A DNA stretch of 53,530 bases from positions 1-53,530 of the forward strand of contig JAUXFF010000002.1 of assembly GCA_030620155.1 (NCBI GenBank), in the 5' to 3' direction. The notes under the pieces were generated by a model that did not search any database, was not told the origin of the DNA, and was given only the letters and a program-made list of their open reading frames with translations. The DNA is from Candidatus Cloacimonadota bacterium (GTDB taxonomy: Bacteria > Cloacimonadota > Cloacimonadia > Cloacimonadales > TCS61). A program made the translations under genes and the position numbers. Every line of letters starts with the position of its first letter. Positions within the stretch are counted from its first letter, which is position 1. Positions 1 through 8,116 of this stretch are shown here, in pieces.

Positions 1-1
1 A

Positions 2-943
2 AGTGTTTTAGGTCTTCTGATGTGTATTATTATTTTGTTTTCGTTCACCTCGAAGGTTTACACCCAGACAGATTGGACGAAATACGAGGGCAACCCCGTA
101 TTGGATGTGGGACCAGCAGGAAGCTGGGATGATGAAGTTGCCGGAGGTGGATATGTCCTCTTTGATGGTACCACATACCATATGTGGTACAGTGGTTACG
201 ATGGAACATACTTCCGTATCGGTTATGCCACTTCGTTAGATGGTATCATTTGGACAAAGCATCCAAAAAACCCGGTCATGGATGTTGGACCAGTAGGAAG
301 TTGGTATTATCCAAGAGTCCAGGATCCCAAGATTATCTTTGATGGTACTACATATCATATGTGGTTCTCTGGTGGTGATCTATTTACTTGGCGTATAGGT
401 TATGCCACATCACCAGATGGTTTCATCTGGACAATCCGTCCCGACCCTGTTTTGGATGTGGGACTAGCAGGAAGTTGGGAATCGTTATATGTTGGGTTGT
501 GTTCAGTGCTCTTTGACAATCCCACTTTCACTTTTATGATGTGGTATACTGGAGGTAGTAGTAGTTGGGAAGGAGAGATCGGCTATGCAACCAGTACTAC
601 GACCGGTATAGATGACAATATAATTGTTCAAACACCGGAAGTCTTTTTACAGCAAAACTACCCCAATCCATTCAATCCGTCAGGTGCCGGACGCAGTCCG
701 GAAACAACTATCTCATTTAATCTCACCGCAGAGGATGGAGAGAACGCAGAGTTAATTATTTATAATATCAAAGGTCAAAAAGTGAAAGAATTTCTCATTG
801 TCTCACCCTCTCCTGGTCACACCCTCTCTATTACCTGGGATGGAAAAGATGACCAGAACAAAACCGTTTCATCAGGAATCTATTTCTACAAGCTGAGGGC
901 AGATAATTTTCAGAAAGTTAAGAAGATGATTCTCCTACGCTAA
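2..943 (+). CDS. secreted beta-propeller-repeat (glycoside-hydrolase-like) protein with T9SS-type C-terminal sorting domain; true 5' end probably outside the window
   Basis: Reading frame is open from window start (no in-frame stop before the ATG at 20). N-terminus is hydrophobic and signal-like. There are four repeats of a GSW..(V/I).FDGTTYHMW(Y/F)SG...RIGYATS.DG..W block. The C-terminal NYPNPFNP...IYNIKGQKV...GIYFYKL tail is shared with 8263..9699. Confidence 0.75.
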   Translation, partial: SVLGLLMCIIILFSFTSKVYTQTDWTKYEGNPVLDVGPAGSWDDEVAGGGYVLFDGTTYHMWYSGYDGTYFRIGYATSLDGIIWTKHPKNPVMDVGPVGSWYYPRVQDPKIIFDGTTYHMWFSGGDLFTWRIGYATSPDGFIWTIRPDPVLDVGLAGSWESLYVGLCSVLFDNPTFTFMMWYTGGSSSWEGEIGYATSTTTGIDDNIIVQTPEVFLQQNYPNPFNPSGAGRSPETTISFNLTAEDGENAELIIYNIKGQKVKEFLIVSPSPGHTLSITWDGKDDQNKTVSSGIYFYKLRADNFQKVKKMILLR

Positions 944-1150
944 AACTACGGAGGACAGGTCCTCCTAAAATAGTGACATATTGCTCTTGCATCCAAGCCT
1001 GTAAGGGTGATATATATTACTCCCAGCTTGGATACAAATAATCAACATGATGAGAAGGTTTCCAAGCTGGGGCTTGGAAACCAGAATACGGCGGACAAGA
1101 CGGTGGATAAATATTGTTGAAATAAGCATACATTAAAAAGTGTTATCATG

Positions 1151-1178
1151 ACGCTCCGAGCTTTCGGAGCGTTTTTTA
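1151..1178 (+). terminator. Rho-independent terminator
   Basis: acgctccga-gctt-tcggagcgt forms a perfect 9-bp stem and is followed by tttttt. Confidence 0.7.
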
Positions 1179-1352
1179 TATAAGCAATCTTTAACAAATA
1201 AAATGTTTGACACATAAAAGCAAAAATCCTCTTCTTGGAGATGTGAATAAAGAAGTGTTGAATATTGAAATTTCTAAACACTTCCGAACTCTTAAAATAT
1301 CTCGCACTTCTTTAGCTCGCTAAATTTTTACTTCTCAAAAAAGGATGTATTT

Positions 1353-1886
1353 ATGAGAATCTTATTTTTTGTTTTCGTAATAGTATTTGTATTAATTTCA
1401 TCTTTACTCACAGCACAAGAACTGGAGGATAAAATGCAACAGGAAATATCCCGTGATAGTTTATTATCAGTAGCCCGAACTATTATTGATTCCGCTAAAT
1501 GCCGAATTTTCATCACTGTTGATGAAAATGGAAAACCTCAGGCCAGAACGATGTCTCCATTCCCTACTGAAGAGAATATGGTCATTTGGCTTGGTACAAA
1601 TCCAGGGAGTAGAAAAGTAAAACAGATTAAAAATAATCCAAATGTGATCGTATATTATTATGATACGAAAGGATTAAGTTATGTGTCGGTCTCAGGTCAA
1701 GCCCGTCTTGTTAATGATCCTGATAAGAAAGCCCATTATTGGGTGGAAAGTTGGACACGTTACTATCCCGATCCCGATAAGGATTACATACTAATTGAAG
1801 TAATCCCCAAGAGATTGGAGATTTGCAGTTTTAAACATAAATTATTTTGGGATTCAACTGGGAAGCCAGCCTTCGTTGAATTTTGA
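1353..1886 (+). CDS. pyridoxamine 5'-phosphate oxidase-like FMN-binding protein (general stress protein 26-like) with N-terminal signal/anchor
   Basis: 177-aa ORF with a hydrophobic N-terminus. The pattern VDENGKPQARTM...W..T...S.K...I..NP.V...Y......YV.V.G.A.LV.D is typical of the PNPOx-like split-barrel family, recalled from memory. Confidence 0.55.
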   Translation: MRILFFVFVIVFVLISSLLTAQELEDKMQQEISRDSLLSVARTIIDSAKCRIFITVDENGKPQARTMSPFPTEENMVIWLGTNPGSRKVKQIKNNPNVIVYYYDTKGLSYVSVSGQARLVNDPDKKAHYWVESWTRYYPDPDKDYILIEVIPKRLEICSFKHKLFWDSTGKPAFVEF

Positions 1887-2045
1887 TCATGTTATGTGCA
1901 ATAAAAACATCCTTATCAAAGATTAAATTTTGTATATCTTCTTATGATATTAAATTTAATAAGCCTGAGGCTTATAAAGCAGTCTAATATATGTTAGGTC
2001 GCGTTATTGCATGAAGTTCTTTAACTAAGGAAAGAAGAATCAGCG

Positions 2046-2894
2046 ATGAGCGAAATATTGCAGGATCTATCGGTACCAGCGTTGGTCACGACCATCGAAG
2101 CGAACTTGTTCGAGTTCATTCGACTTTTCCGGTACTGGTCACAAGCCGAAACACATGATGACTCAGACATACTGTGGATAATCACTGACATTCCCTTCCC
2201 ACTATTCAATAGTGTCCTCCATGCACAACTTGCGCCAGAGAAGGTAGATGCCACCATCGACGCAGCGATAACCCGTTGCAGATCAAGGAAAGTGCCTATG
2301 CTTTGGTGGATTGGTCCAGCCACAAAACCCGCCGACCTGGGGGAGCACCTGAAAGCACATGGTTTCACCGGGAGAGATGATGGACCGGGCATGGCAATGG
2401 ATTTGCTGGTGTTGAATGAAAGCTTACAGGCACCGCCTGAACTTATTATTGAGCAGGTCGAAGATGTCGAAACGCTGAGGCAGTGGTGCCAGGTTTTCGC
2501 CATTGGCTTTGGAATGCCTGATTTTGCTGAAGGTGCTTGGCTAGACTGCTTGGGGAGTGTAGGTGTGGGTGCCCAGCTGCCGCTACGTCACTATATAGGT
2601 TGGGTGAATGGAGAGCCTATGGCTGCGTCGTCGCTGCTCCTGGCGGCAGGTGTGGCCGGGATCTACAATGTAGTCACCATTCCAGAGGCAAGGCGGCAAG
2701 GGATTGGAGCGGCATTGACGTTAGCCCCCTTGCGCGAGGCACGTGCGCTTGGATACAGGGTTGGTATCTTGCAGTCTTCCAAGATTGGGTTCAGCGTCTA
2801 CAACAAGATTGGGTTTCGGGAGTACTGTAAAATAGGTTATTACGTGTGGAAAAGTGAGACAGAGCAAAGTAAAGAGACAGCCCCTGCCACATAG
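2046..2894 (+). CDS. GNAT-family N-acetyltransferase on a high-GC patch
   Basis: 282-aa ORF. The C-terminal segment [33 protein letters not shown]...S..G...Y.K.GF matches the acetyl-CoA-binding motif A (Q/R-x-x-G-x-G/A) of GNATs. Two 60-nt samples I counted gave 55% and 57% G+C. Confidence 0.7.
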   Translation: MSEILQDLSVPALVTTIEANLFEFIRLFRYWSQAETHDDSDILWIITDIPFPLFNSVLHAQLAPEKVDATIDAAITRCRSRKVPMLWWIGPATKPADLGEHLKAHGFTGRDDGPGMAMDLLVLNESLQAPPELIIEQVEDVETLRQWCQVFAIGFGMPDFAEGAWLDCLGSVGVGAQLPLRHYIGWVNGEPMAASSLLLAAGVAGIYNVVTIPEARRQGIGAALTLAPLREARALGYRVGILQSSKIGFSVYNKIGFREYCKIGYYVWKSETEQSKETAPAT

Positions 2895-3086
2895 CACCCA
2901 CGTACATCGGCGGCCACACGCGCTTTGTAGTTGGTTTGGTGGTGTAGACTCTTTCCTGCATACGCTCGACGGGTGATGCGCAGACCGTTAGACTTACAGA
3001 ATTTTAGAAGATGGATGAAAGTAATATGAATTATGTGTAAAATGAATATTGCTAATAATGAAATAATAATTAAGGAGGAAATTATT

Positions 3087-4202
3087 ATGAAAACAAAAAG
3101 TATTTTAAAAAGGCATTTTATTATAATGTCTTTAAGTGTTGCTGTTGCTTGTATGTCCTTTGTGCTTTGGTCCTGCGTCGGACAAGAGTTGGACAAGACA
3201 GTACAGCAAGCCTATGAATTAAGAATAAATGGACAAGCAGACTCTGCCAAAGTGCTTCTTGAGCAGATCATAGCAGAAGATTCCACTAATGCTGCTGCCT
3301 GGTATGAGCTAGCGCGAACAAAACACCACATGGGATTAGGAAATCCTATGGAACTAATAAGTGGAATGGTCGATATTCAGCAAACCGTTCAAAATGCTGT
3401 TGACATTGACCCGGATAATGTAATTTATCAATATTATAAGGGATGCATTGACTACTTTAATTTATACATAGGTTTGCAGATGGGTAAGGAAAATGTTAGT
3501 GAAGATTTTGCGAAAGTTGTCGAATCCTATAAATCTGTGCTTATCCTGAAGCCTGATTATCACGAAGCAAAGTTGTTTCTTGTTGAGCTTTTTGCAATGC
3601 TTCCGTCCAATATGGGTGGTGATTCAGCTAAGGCGGAAATGTATGTTCGGGAGTTAGAAGAAGCAGATGTCGTATCTGGAGCTAAAGCGCGCGAGATTGT
3701 AATGCCGGAAGATGCAGATTATATTGAATTCTGGCAAAAAATAGAAGAGAAGCAAATGGACAACGCTGATGTACATGAAGCACTGGGAAAAGTTTACTTA
3801 TACCACGAAAATATTGAAGAAGCAACCAAATGTTTTGAAACAGCAATTAGTCTGAACGCCAAGAAAAATATTCTGTATGTAGATTTAGGGAGGTACTATA
3901 CGATGCAGGCAATGCAAAATCCAGCGAAACTTGATTCATTAGCTCCCCTGATTAAGAATACATTCGAAACTTATTTGGAATCTCAACCCGAACCAATAAA
4001 TCCCTTGAAAGCCTTTGTAATAGGTAACTTAGCCAGAATCGAATTCAATACGGGAGACAATGAAAACGGGGAAAAACTCAATAAAGAAGCTATGGCTTTA
4101 GACCCAAATTATTCAAAGGCTTTTGGAACTCCTTCTCAAATTCTGTTCGATCCCCCGGATGAAATTTCACGTGTTCATGTATATTTTTTCCGACCGTTCT
4201 GA
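3087..4202 (+). CDS. TPR-repeat protein with signal peptide (possible lipoprotein)
   Basis: AAGGAGG lies 7 nt upstream of the ATG at 3087, so I prefer this start over the ORF-track start at 3033. N-terminus is MKTKSILKRHFIIMSLSVAVACMSFVLWSC. The body shows repeated A..Y.LA......G / A...Y...L TPR-like helical repeats. Confidence 0.65.
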   Translation: MKTKSILKRHFIIMSLSVAVACMSFVLWSCVGQELDKTVQQAYELRINGQADSAKVLLEQIIAEDSTNAAAWYELARTKHHMGLGNPMELISGMVDIQQTVQNAVDIDPDNVIYQYYKGCIDYFNLYIGLQMGKENVSEDFAKVVESYKSVLILKPDYHEAKLFLVELFAMLPSNMGGDSAKAEMYVRELEEADVVSGAKAREIVMPEDADYIEFWQKIEEKQMDNADVHEALGKVYLYHENIEEATKCFETAISLNAKKNILYVDLGRYYTMQAMQNPAKLDSLAPLIKNTFETYLESQPEPINPLKAFVIGNLARIEFNTGDNENGEKLNKEAMALDPNYSKAFGTPSQILFDPPDEISRVHVYFFRPF

Positions 4203-4369
4203 AAATTATAACTATGAAAAATGTAAAACCTGAATGAATGTTGCACTAACAAATCACTGCCCTCGATGACGCTTTGCTCTGCAGGTGAGTTTCAGTGTTA
4301 GTCCTGCAAAAAGAGGAGAGATAAAAATGGAAAGAAAATGATTATGTTTAAGTAAATTCAGGAGGAGAT

Positions 4370-5235
4370 ATGAAAATAATTTTTGTATTTTTTATGCTTA
4401 TCATCTTTACTTAATTATTCTCAGCAGGTAGATCTGAAGGGGTTGTATCTCTGGAAATACCAGATTCCACTCAAATACAAATCCTGACTATTGAAGATGG
4501 GTCTTCATTTATTGGAAGGATCATCGAAATTGGTGAAGAAGAAGTTAAATTTGAAACAAAACATGGAGTTTTGACTTTTTCAGTTTTCGAAATAACAGAA
4601 GTAAAACTGGTTTCGGAAGATCGTTTTAAAGAAGGGAAATACTGGTTTCCCAATCCTAATGCTACACGATTGTTTTTTGCTCCCACAGCAAGAATGTTGA
4701 AAAAGGGAGAAGGATATTTTGCGGATTATTTTATTTTTTTCCCGACCTTTACTTTCGGAGTGACAAACAATTTCACACTTGGAGGAGGATCTCTTTAATC
4801 CCGGGGTTGGCTCTAGATGAGCAGATTCTGGTCTTTACTCCTTAAGTGGGTTTAGCAACATCGAAAAAAATGAACTTAGCAATTGGTGCACTTATTATTA
4901 AACCTCCAGAGGACATATCATCTTTAGGAATTCTCTACGGTGTCAGTACTTTTGGGTCTTTAGATCATAGTTTTACATTTGGCTTGGGATATGGTTATGT
5001 TGAGGATGAACTTGCGGACAAACCAATGATCGTGTTAGGTGGAGAAACAAGAACGAGCAGAAGTGTATCTCTGGTAACTGAAAATTGGATAGTGCCAGAA
5101 TTAGATAATCCAATCATTTCATTCGGATTACGTTTCTTTGGCGAAAAATTGAGTGCGGATTTCGCTATTATTTTCCCAATGGAAGAAGAGGTAACTATTT
5201 TCCCATATATAGATTTCGTTTATAAATTCAAATAA
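4370..5235 (+). pseudogene. disrupted outer-membrane/secreted protein gene (two in-frame TAA codons plus one frameshift)
   Basis: AGGAGGAG RBS precedes the ATG at 4370, giving signal-like MKIIFVFFMLIIFT. An in-frame TAA at 4412-4414 follows, and the same frame continues to 4798. From about 4798 the frame shifts by one (IPGLALDEQILVFTP). A second in-frame TAA sits at 4843-4845, then the frame is open to 5235. Confidence 0.6.
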
Positions 5236-5280
5236 AAGCGATAAAAAGCAAAAAAAAGTAAGACAATTGTTAATGATTAA

Positions 5281-5403
5281 TTTTCAATTCTCTGGAACGG
5301 CACCGATGACAACGGAAAACCCGTCTCATCAGGAATTTATTTCTACAAACTAAGAATTGAAGAAAATTTTTCCAAAACCAGGAAGATGGTTTTATTCAGA
5401 TAG
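5281..5403 (+). pseudogene. orphan relic of a T9SS C-terminal sorting domain
   Basis: Translates to FSILWNGTDDNGKPVSSGIYFYKLRIEENFSKTRKMVLFR*. This aligns by eye with the last ~40 aa of 2..943 and 8263..9699. A stop codon lies immediately upstream at 5278-5280, and there is no start or body. Confidence 0.7.
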
Positions 5404-5835
5404 ATTGTAACACCGAACCCCGAACTTGATCGGGGAAGTTAGGTGACTCCTCCGAAGTCAATTTTTTATTCAGTTTCTGCTCCGAAGGAGCATTCTATTT
5501 GTAACAAATAATTCACAATCATATTTTTGCTCCAGGGGAGCTTTCTATATGAAGGACTGTACATAAGAGACTATTAAGCTAATTCCTTCTCCAGTCCTTT
5601 AGCAACTGGATTGCTAAGGATGGATGGGAGTAGCTAAACAATCTTAAAGCTTAAATAAAATTAAATATCATAAAAAGTTTGACACCTTTCAAGTAATTCT
5701 AAATATGTAAATATGTTTTTTATAGAAATGTTTTGATTTGAAAAAAAATAATTTCGAAGAGATGGATTCAAAAAAAAGAAAGTTTAATTTTAATTAAATT
5801 TAAATTAAGCCAAAAGTGTAAAAGATTGTATGAAT

Positions 5836-5900
5836 CCGGCTTCGTTACATTACGCCGGGACAGGTCCGGCTTCGTTCCCAATAAATTGGGACTTCGCCGT
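5836..5900. repeat. GC-rich nested-palindromic repeat, two tandem units (locus A)
   Basis: Sequence is ccggcttcgt-tacatt-acgccgggacag / ccggcttcgt-tcccaataaattggga-cttcgccg. The 34 nt at 5866-5899 are the exact reverse complement of 50944-50977. Confidence 0.8.
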
Positions 5901-5982
5901 GATAATTGGAAAAAAGATGAAAAAAATTGGTAGTAAGTAACCCCATCGTCTCGATGGGAATTACCCTATGTAACCGGGCTAC

Positions 5983-6023
5983 AAGGTAGTGTATCATAAT
6001 TTATGAAAGATTATGAAAAGTAT
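5983..6023. repeat. 41-bp direct repeat, copy 1
   Basis: aaggtagtgtatcataatttatgaaagattatgaaaagtat recurs at 6443-6483 with one mismatch. Confidence 0.85.
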
Positions 6024-6038
6024 TATAAGGAGGTTTGA

Positions 6039-6401
6039 ATGAAAGAACTATTACTAATCTCAGGTTTATTATCTGGGATAAGTGTATTATTTTCAGTTGT
6101 TTTATTTTTGTATGGATTATTTGTTACTATTTCCGGGAAATTCAAATCTATCGAAAAAAAACGTGCCCGAACAGCGGGTGTATTTTTAATTGGGCAGTTA
6201 TTTCTCAGTTTTCTGATAGCTTACCCACTTCATAATGCATTGGATTGGGGATATCAAGAAAATGCCCTGCAATCAAATATTGGTAATACAATAATCTTTC
6301 TTATTTTCGGTGTAGGAGCTTTATTTCTTGCCTTGTTTTATGCAAGAAAAAATAAACAAACAGATACTACATTAAACGATGAGAAAAATGCTAAAGTCTA
6401 A
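6039..6401 (+). CDS. small integral membrane protein (about 3 TM), unknown function
   Basis: AAGGAGG lies 5 nt upstream of the ATG at 6039. The 120-aa product has three long hydrophobic stretches. The gene sits between the two 41-bp direct repeats. Confidence 0.55.
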   Translation: MKELLLISGLLSGISVLFSVVLFLYGLFVTISGKFKSIEKKRARTAGVFLIGQLFLSFLIAYPLHNALDWGYQENALQSNIGNTIIFLIFGVGALFLALFYARKNKQTDTTLNDEKNAKV

Positions 6402-6442
6402 GTTTTACTTAGGGAAAAAAAATTAAAAAAAAAGACTCATTT

Positions 6443-6483
6443 AAGGTAGTGTATCATAATTTATGAAAGATTATGAGAAGTAT
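6443..6483. repeat. 41-bp direct repeat, copy 2
   Basis: Matches 5983-6023 at 40 of 41 positions. Confidence 0.85.
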
Positions 6484-6525
6484 ATTTAAGCAATACAAGT
6501 AAAAGGTGGTACTGTGAAGTCGGTA

Positions 6526-6642
6526 AATTGTTGGATAAGTCTAAAATTTAAACACTATCCACATTACTACTACGACGAACTGAAGTAGAGAGTTCCTTGA
6601 ATGTGGATAGTGCATAAATTTCTTAACAACTTATCCACAATT
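6526..6642. repeat. 117-bp nested palindrome built from four DnaA-box-like 9-mers
   Basis: Outer arms are aattgttggataagt (6526-6540) and acttatccacaatt (6629-6642). Inner arms are cactatccacatt (6553-6565) and aatgtggatagtg (6600-6612). TTATCCACA is perfect at 6631-6639. CTATCCACA occurs at 6555-6563 and, as reverse complement, at 6602-6610. TTATCCAAC occurs as reverse complement at 6530-6538. Confidence 0.75.
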
Positions 6643-6703
6643 GGCTTAATCCGAGTAGTTCTTTATAGAAAAATAGCGTGAAAATATTGTGAAGTGATTT
6701 GAG

Positions 6704-8116
6704 TTAGGTTGTCGATCTTAAAATTTCAGCCCAAACATCCTGGATGAGCGGAATATTTTTGAGTTTATCGAGAGCAACGGGAGTTTGATAATTTAATGAT
6801 CTATGAGGTCTGATAAAATTGTAGTTTGTAACAACCGGAGCAAGATGTGATGATGCACCTTCGATATTTTGGAAACAGTTAACGGCATAGTGTTTATAAG
6901 TCCGATTGACCCTTTCAACCAGATTTTTCAGGTATCTGTAAGTCGTTGAGATCAGGTCTTTGTTTTCCAGACCTATAACTTGTTTCAGGTCAAGATCAAT
7001 ACCTTCTTTTTTCAGAAAAGTAACAGCAGCCTGATAGGAAGGATTACCGTCTGCAACAAATAGCAACGGGTCTTTATTCTCATTTTTCTGATGTTTTTCA
7101 GAAGCCATATATAAGGTTTCAACAGCAGATAATTCACCTCTGTTATCAGATACTTTGTAGGCAGTAATTATAGAGCGGAATTTGGCAATAGCGAACCAGA
7201 CATAATGAAACTTACATTTAACTTTGATATATGTTTCATCACCGGCTTGTCCTCCGGGAACTTTTGGGATATTCTTCAAATTAAAATGATGACAAACAGT
7301 AGAAGCTGCTTTTGCCATACGGGCAACTGTGGAATGAGAAATCTTTATACCGAATATTTTTCTCAACGCAAATGCTGTTTCTCTTGTAGAATGTCTTAAT
7401 GTAATATGAAAAGTGAGAACAAGTCCGATTGTAGAAAGGGAACATCGGAATTTATCGAGTTTTTCCAACGGTGATTTAAGTTCGTTTGTAACAATGTCTT
7501 TCAGATTTATTTTATACTCCCTGTAAATGTAGCGAAGTTTGAATTGAGATGGTTTTTCTTTCTGCAATTTCTTTTCTACTGATGAAAGTTTTTCTTTATT
7601 TTCCAAATATCTGGGACAGTTGTCATTTCCGCATTTATACATTGTTACAAGCAACCTGCTTTTCCATTTGTATAAGGCTTTTTGACATATAGGACAATAA
7701 TATTTTGAAACTGATATTTTGGGAGTTTCGCAGAATGTCTTTTTGCATACTTTGCATTGATATTGGGTACTTTTCTTATCACCATTATTCACATAAATAT
7801 AGTTATGAGGTGCTCCGCAATGCGGGCATTTTATGTGTTTGCCAGGTTTATTTTTTCCACGATGTTTAATTGTTTTTATAGCTTCATTTTTAATAATTTC
7901 TTTATAATCAATTTCCAATTCTTTTTTATGAAAAGCATCGAGAGGAGGTTCCGGATCGACTTGGAACTTTCGGTAATTTGGATATTCTGGTTTTGACTCT
8001 TTGAATTTTGTATTTGAATCATTTAAAAGTTCGTTTAATACTTCAATGATTCTAATAACTTGTTCTCTTGTTAATTTTCGGCAAATCCATTTCGCAATAT
8101 TTTCAATTATTTTCAT
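6704..8116 (-). CDS. DDE transposase with N-terminal CxxC zinc-ribbons (IS1/IS1595/IS6-like architecture, family unresolved)
   Basis: The 470-aa product has CPHCG...YQCKVCKKTF and CPICQ...CGNDNCPRY zinc ribbons. Candidate DDE residues are in GDETYIKV, FVADGNPSY and NLVERVNRTYK. The C-terminal YNFIRPHRSLNYQTP is typical of transposase/integrase cores. Confidence 0.75.
   Translation of the reverse strand: MKIIENIAKWICRKLTREQVIRIIEVLNELLNDSNTKFKESKPEYPNYRKFQVDPEPPLDAFHKKELEIDYKEIIKNEAIKTIKHRGKNKPGKHIKCPHCGAPHNYIYVNNGDKKSTQYQCKVCKKTFCETPKISVSKYYCPICQKALYKWKSRLLVTMYKCGNDNCPRYLENKEKLSSVEKKLQKEKPSQFKLRYIYREYKINLKDIVTNELKSPLEKLDKFRCSLSTIGLVLTFHITLRHSTRETAFALRKIFGIKISHSTVARMAKAASTVCHHFNLKNIPKVPGGQAGDETYIKVKCKFHYVWFAIAKFRSIITAYKVSDNRGELSAVETLYMASEKHQKNENKDPLLFVADGNPSYQAAVTFLKKEGIDLDLKQVIGLENKDLISTTYRYLKNLVERVNRTYKHYAVNCFQNIEGASSHLAPVVTNYNFIRPHRSLNYQTPVALDKLKNIPLIQDVWAEILRSTT

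Noticed and set aside
1042-1516. Minus-strand ORFs 1042..1281 and 1328..1516.
   Set aside because: They run through hairpin and terminator sequence, or antisense to the 1353..1886 gene start. They have no RBS and a poor composition.
2021-2830. Long ORFs 2021..2503 (minus, 160 aa) and 2537..2830 (plus, 97 aa) overlapping the GNAT gene.
   Set aside because: They are shadow ORFs of a high-GC coding region. Their products are Ser/Ala/Arg/Cys-rich and low in complexity, have no motifs, and are fully overlapped by the motif-supported GNAT frame.
4412-4845. The two in-frame TAA codons could indicate stop-codon reassignment or readthrough.
   Set aside because: TAA terminates many well-supported genes in this window (ribosomal proteins, pheT and others). 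The same gene also carries a frameshift, so decay is the simpler explanation.
5400-6700. Possible CRISPR array, given the repeated hairpin-like units and GC-rich repeats.
   Set aside because: The repeats are few (2-3 copies), irregularly spaced and of unequal length. There is no repeat-spacer periodicity and no cas gene in the window.
5640-6700. Chromosomal oriC (DnaA-box cluster plus nearby AT-rich DNA).
   Set aside because: There are only four boxes, all inside one palindrome. No dnaA, dnaN or other origin-linked genes are nearby, and the region sits in a decayed, IS-containing segment. I kept it as a lower-confidence finding rather than calling it an origin.
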